Of a stretch of DNA of 64,000 nt, positions 60,611-64,000 are shown piece after piece; the stretch's first letter is position 1, and every line of letters starts with the position of its first letter. The notes under the pieces are model-generated. The model was not told where the DNA came from. It worked only from the letters and a program-made list of their open reading frames with translations, and ran no database searches. This DNA comes from Nemertoderma westbladi (Eukaryota; Animalia; Xenacoelomorpha), in contig JAUCBJ010002000.1 of NCBI GenBank assembly GCA_032718475.1, forward strand, positions 9,033 through 73,032. The letters are read 5' to 3'. Both the position numbers and the translations under genes were made by a program.

Positions 60611-60827
60611 GTCAGATTATTTTTTTTATTGATTACATGAAAAAGTTATTTCGGTACACTACATTTCCACAAGCAAATCAATATCGTCAGTTAGTTTAAC
60701 AGTTATAATCCCTGATAACCTTAACCATAATCATGTAAATAATTATAAATGACAACTTAATGACTTAATGACTTAAACTTAATGACATTATCCATTCGTG
60801 TCTGTTTTTACTCCGGAGCTATGTCCA

Positions 60828-62421
60828 TACTATTAAGATCAGCATGCTCTATATATATGAATCTATTACATATATATATTAAGAATGCTGTGCTGGCTTG
60901 TCGACAAAATTACGCCACCATAACACCCTATCACCCATGACATGCTAGATTATCTGCATTTTCAAGACCAGTGTCCTTAAGATGCATCTCAAGAAAGTCA
61001 TGGGATGTCCACCATGACTATTTAATCCATGGCTGGCAGGTCCTCACGGCTAAAGCAATGTCCTGCACAGCGGAGGCGATTCCATTCAAGTGTCAAGCTA
61101 GGGGTGATTAATGTAACACTTCCAATGTTGTATAGAGTCTAATTGGAGATATGTGCATTGTACTTGACACAATGAACCCGGTGCAGCATTCTTGTGAAAG
61201 TGCCATCCAGAGATTTAGTATCCTTGGCAGTTAGAGCCCAGCATGGACTCCCATATGTACTGGTACTACTCCTGCCATAAATAATCGAACCTTAAGGTCC
61301 CGTTTTATTATATGGGACTTCCAAATCCTGGACAGACTATTTATTGCTGCCCATGCCTTCCCCTTACGTAAAGACCAACACGAGAAGCAACCTGCTACAA
61401 TGAGCAGAGGAGCCTTTGTGTTCCCTCTAGTGATTCTGACAGTACCCCTAAGTCATCAGCAAAGTCTAGATCAGTAAGGTACTTTGCTGGTTTTCCTCCA
61501 CTTCTTGTGCCAGTAGGGGGTATTACCATCACCCCATCATTATTAAGATGGTCTAAGGTCCTGTGTAGAACATAATCAACCACAATTACGAATAAGAATG
61601 GTGCAAGTGTGTCACCCTGAAGGACTACCCATAAGACTTCGAATGGATCTGTGTCACCATCAGCAGTAGACACAAATGTGGTGGAACCATTGTACAGTGA
61701 TCTGATAGGTGCAATAATTTCCCCAGGAATCCCATATGCTGCTAGAATGCTGAACATACATGGTTGGGAGACTGAGTCGAAGGCTTTAAAGAAGTCAACA
61801 ATGTTGTCTGTCTTTCTTTTTTGATAACTCTTCAATTATCCTTCTAAGTGCCAGAATACTCTCCATGGTCCCACAATCTTTACGGAACCCATTTTGGCTC
61901 CCATGTAACTATCTCTCAACAGGATCACTGATGCGATTTAGTAGGATTATGTTGTATAGCTTTGCAGCAATCAAGATTAACGAGATTCCACAAAAACATC
62001 CACGGGTTGTTAGGTTGCCCTACTTTGGGGCTTGGACCAACTTATTTGTTTTCAGTTCTTGAGGGACTCTCTTTGTCCTATACATGTCCACAATAATGGG
62101 GTGAATGAGCTCCAAACACTCAGGAATTTTAAAGACCTCAGGGGGCATGCCATTTACTCCACTGGCACGATTTTGTCTTGATGCTCCTAGCTGCGATCGT
62201 GATTTCAGCAAAGGAGATGTCACCAATGGATTCATCTACATGCATTCACCAACAGACTCAGAGATACATGAGTTATAGGCAATACCCTGTCGTTTAGAAG
62301 CTTCTCAAAGTGGTCCTTCTAACCTTTGACGTGTTTAGCTGGAGATTCAGCCTTAACCTTGGTGGCTGGTTGGCTTTTCCTCCCAGTGAACTGGTTTAGT
62401 GATTGCCATACCTGGGCTGAT

Positions 62422-62452
<31 letters not shown>

Positions 62453-62591
62453 TTTATATTTATATCGCGCCTTTCTATGAACTTTAAACAAGACACTTTG
62501 ATTGCCTGCAATCATCAGCAATGTTAATGGCATCAACCTGCTTATTGATAAGCTCCTTCAGATTATCATAGTACTGCCTGTTAAGGGATCT
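60828..62591 (-). mobile_element. Older, degraded RTE copy (same family as 54469..60270) in the astacin-like gene intron
   Basis: VDFFKAFDSV..LQGDTLAPFLF..DLDFADD. Collinear with the + copy and lacks the hATm-like insertion. Carries a short (AAT)n insert at ~62423..62500. Confidence 0.92.
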
Positions 62592-63023
62592 TATGGCTAT
62601 GTTCATACATTGGCTATGTCCATACATCTAGTATTTTTAATGGGTTAAGAATTATACAGGTCAATTTTCCCGTTAATTGTTTTTATTATTTTTTTAAATG
62701 GTCACATAACCCCATTTCGGTTATCTATTTATAAATTTGTTACTACCTATGGTTAACCATCTATTATAAATTTTAAATAAATTCAATCTCATTGGGTTAC
62801 AACCACAAGTACAATTGTTTTACTATAGGGTTAATACTACTAATGGCCTGTTAAATATATTACTTCTGTACTTTAATGATAAATAGTTAGAGATTTTGCT
62901 TTCCATCATATAATTAATTATGATTTTGGCTAATTCATAACTATTTTAACTATCGTAAATTTATTTATTGGTCAGCAGTTAATCCAGTACTTGCGTTCTG
63001 GGAAATTTGAATCAATCAATTTT

Positions 63024-63328
63024 GTTGTACCTGTTCTACAGTTGTACCTGTTCTACAGTTGTACCTGTTCTACAGTTGTACCTGTTCTACAGTTGTACCT
63101 GTTCTACAGTTGTACCTGTTCTACAGTTGTACCTGTTCTACAGTTGTACCTGTTCTACAGTTGTACCTGTTCTACAGTTGTACCTGTTCTACAGTTGTAC
63201 CTGTTCTACAGTTGTACCTGTTCTACAGTTGTACCTGTTCTACAGTTGTACCTGTTCTACAGTTGTACCTGTTCTACAGTTCTACCTGTTCTACAGTTGT
63301 ACCTGTTCTACAGTTGTACCTGTTCTAC
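63024..63328 (+). repeat. 17-bp minisatellite, ~18 copies
   Basis: (GTTGTACCTGTTCTACA)n, nearly perfect. Confidence 0.97.
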
Positions 63329-63468
63329 TTCAAAGCACATGGATTCATGCAATTGCAAAAGTCATTGATTATGATAATTTTGCTATTTATGTATAATTTT
63401 TTCGTGATTTAATTATCTGGTATCCAAAATTAATTTAAAGATGATTAGTTACCTAATAAAATAAATAG

Positions 63469-63628
63469 ATGCTGTGAAGGACATGATTGAGTCATCTCCT
63501 ACAAAAGCTGCTGGTAATGAAATTGTACTTTGGAAACAATATCACAATCAAGGGAACTACCTGATCCCTTACCAACTACCATCTAATGTTGATCCTAAAC
63601 TGAAGAATGCTGTTGAGGATGCAGCAAG
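63469..63628 (+). CDS. Coding exon 2 of the astacin-like gene (end of pro-peptide + start of M12A catalytic domain); gene continues beyond the window
   Basis: tag|AT gives (D)AVKDMIESSPTKAAGNEIVLWKQYHNQGNYLIPYQLPSNVDPKLKNAVEDAA|gtgagg. Phase matches exon 1. K-AA..LW..IPY is the astacin mature N-terminus pattern. Confidence 0.78.
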
Positions 63629-63842
63629 GTGAGGCCATAACCGCATTTTTAATGGTACTGTAATATTTAATATGATAATGACACATTATATTTGTATTTG
63701 GATATTATAAGAATATAATTACAAAAAAATATATTATGTAATAAGGCCTATATGTTACAACCATAGTAATTAGAATGTAACATACTTCATACTTGGAGCA
63801 TATTGTTATTAGACTGGTGTATGTTTTGGATTAATAATCATT

Positions 63843-64000
63843 TATTAGGAGCCCGCTCGACAGGCGGGATACTTACTGTAAAAATCTGCAGGATACTTAC
63901 TGTAAAAATCTCAAATCTGTTATATACACTGACTGACTGACTGACTGATAATTATCTAGGTTCAGGCACTTCCTGCCTGGCGGTTTTGTTGAAATTTTAC
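63843..64000 (+). mobile_element. Possible start of a Helentron/DINE-like non-autonomous element
   Basis: CCCGC..GCGGG short stem, duplicated GGATACTTACTGTAAAAATC and a (CTGA)n microsatellite. Confidence 0.3.

Noticed and set aside
62991-63412. Three Cys-rich ORFs (YSCTCSTVVPVLQL)n
   Set aside because: Translation artefact of the 17-bp intronic minisatellite.

Overview
AT-rich metazoan (invertebrate) genomic DNA, not prokaryotic: spliceosomal introns, no operons, no CRISPR. I could reconstruct two host genes by hand, and the ORF track shows neither in spliced form. (1) A complete 5-exon minus-strand gene, join(24307..24199, 23210..23082, 22778..22650, 22216..22088, 21411..21290), encoding a 205-aa secreted protein: signal peptide plus four acidic ShKT domains, one per phase-1 exon. 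(2) The first two coding exons (60397..60610, 63469..63628) of a plus-strand gene running off the window: signal peptide, antistasin-like domain, GDI pro-peptide motif and the start of an astacin-like metalloprotease domain. The rest is mostly nested transposable elements. DNA transposons include three hAT-type elements with 8-bp TSDs, a Chapaev/RAG1-Transib-related transposase with a CACAGTG end, a 1.6-kb CAC..GTG fold-back element with a 5-bp TSD, and Sola1 and pogo relics. Retroelements include several RTE copies, CR1/L2-group and CRE fragments and a tRNA-derived SINE. There are also several tandem arrays, including a 1.5-kb GGCTAY hexamer array, and an intronless PWWP-domain relic. Family assignments come from motif recognition by eye; no database search was run.
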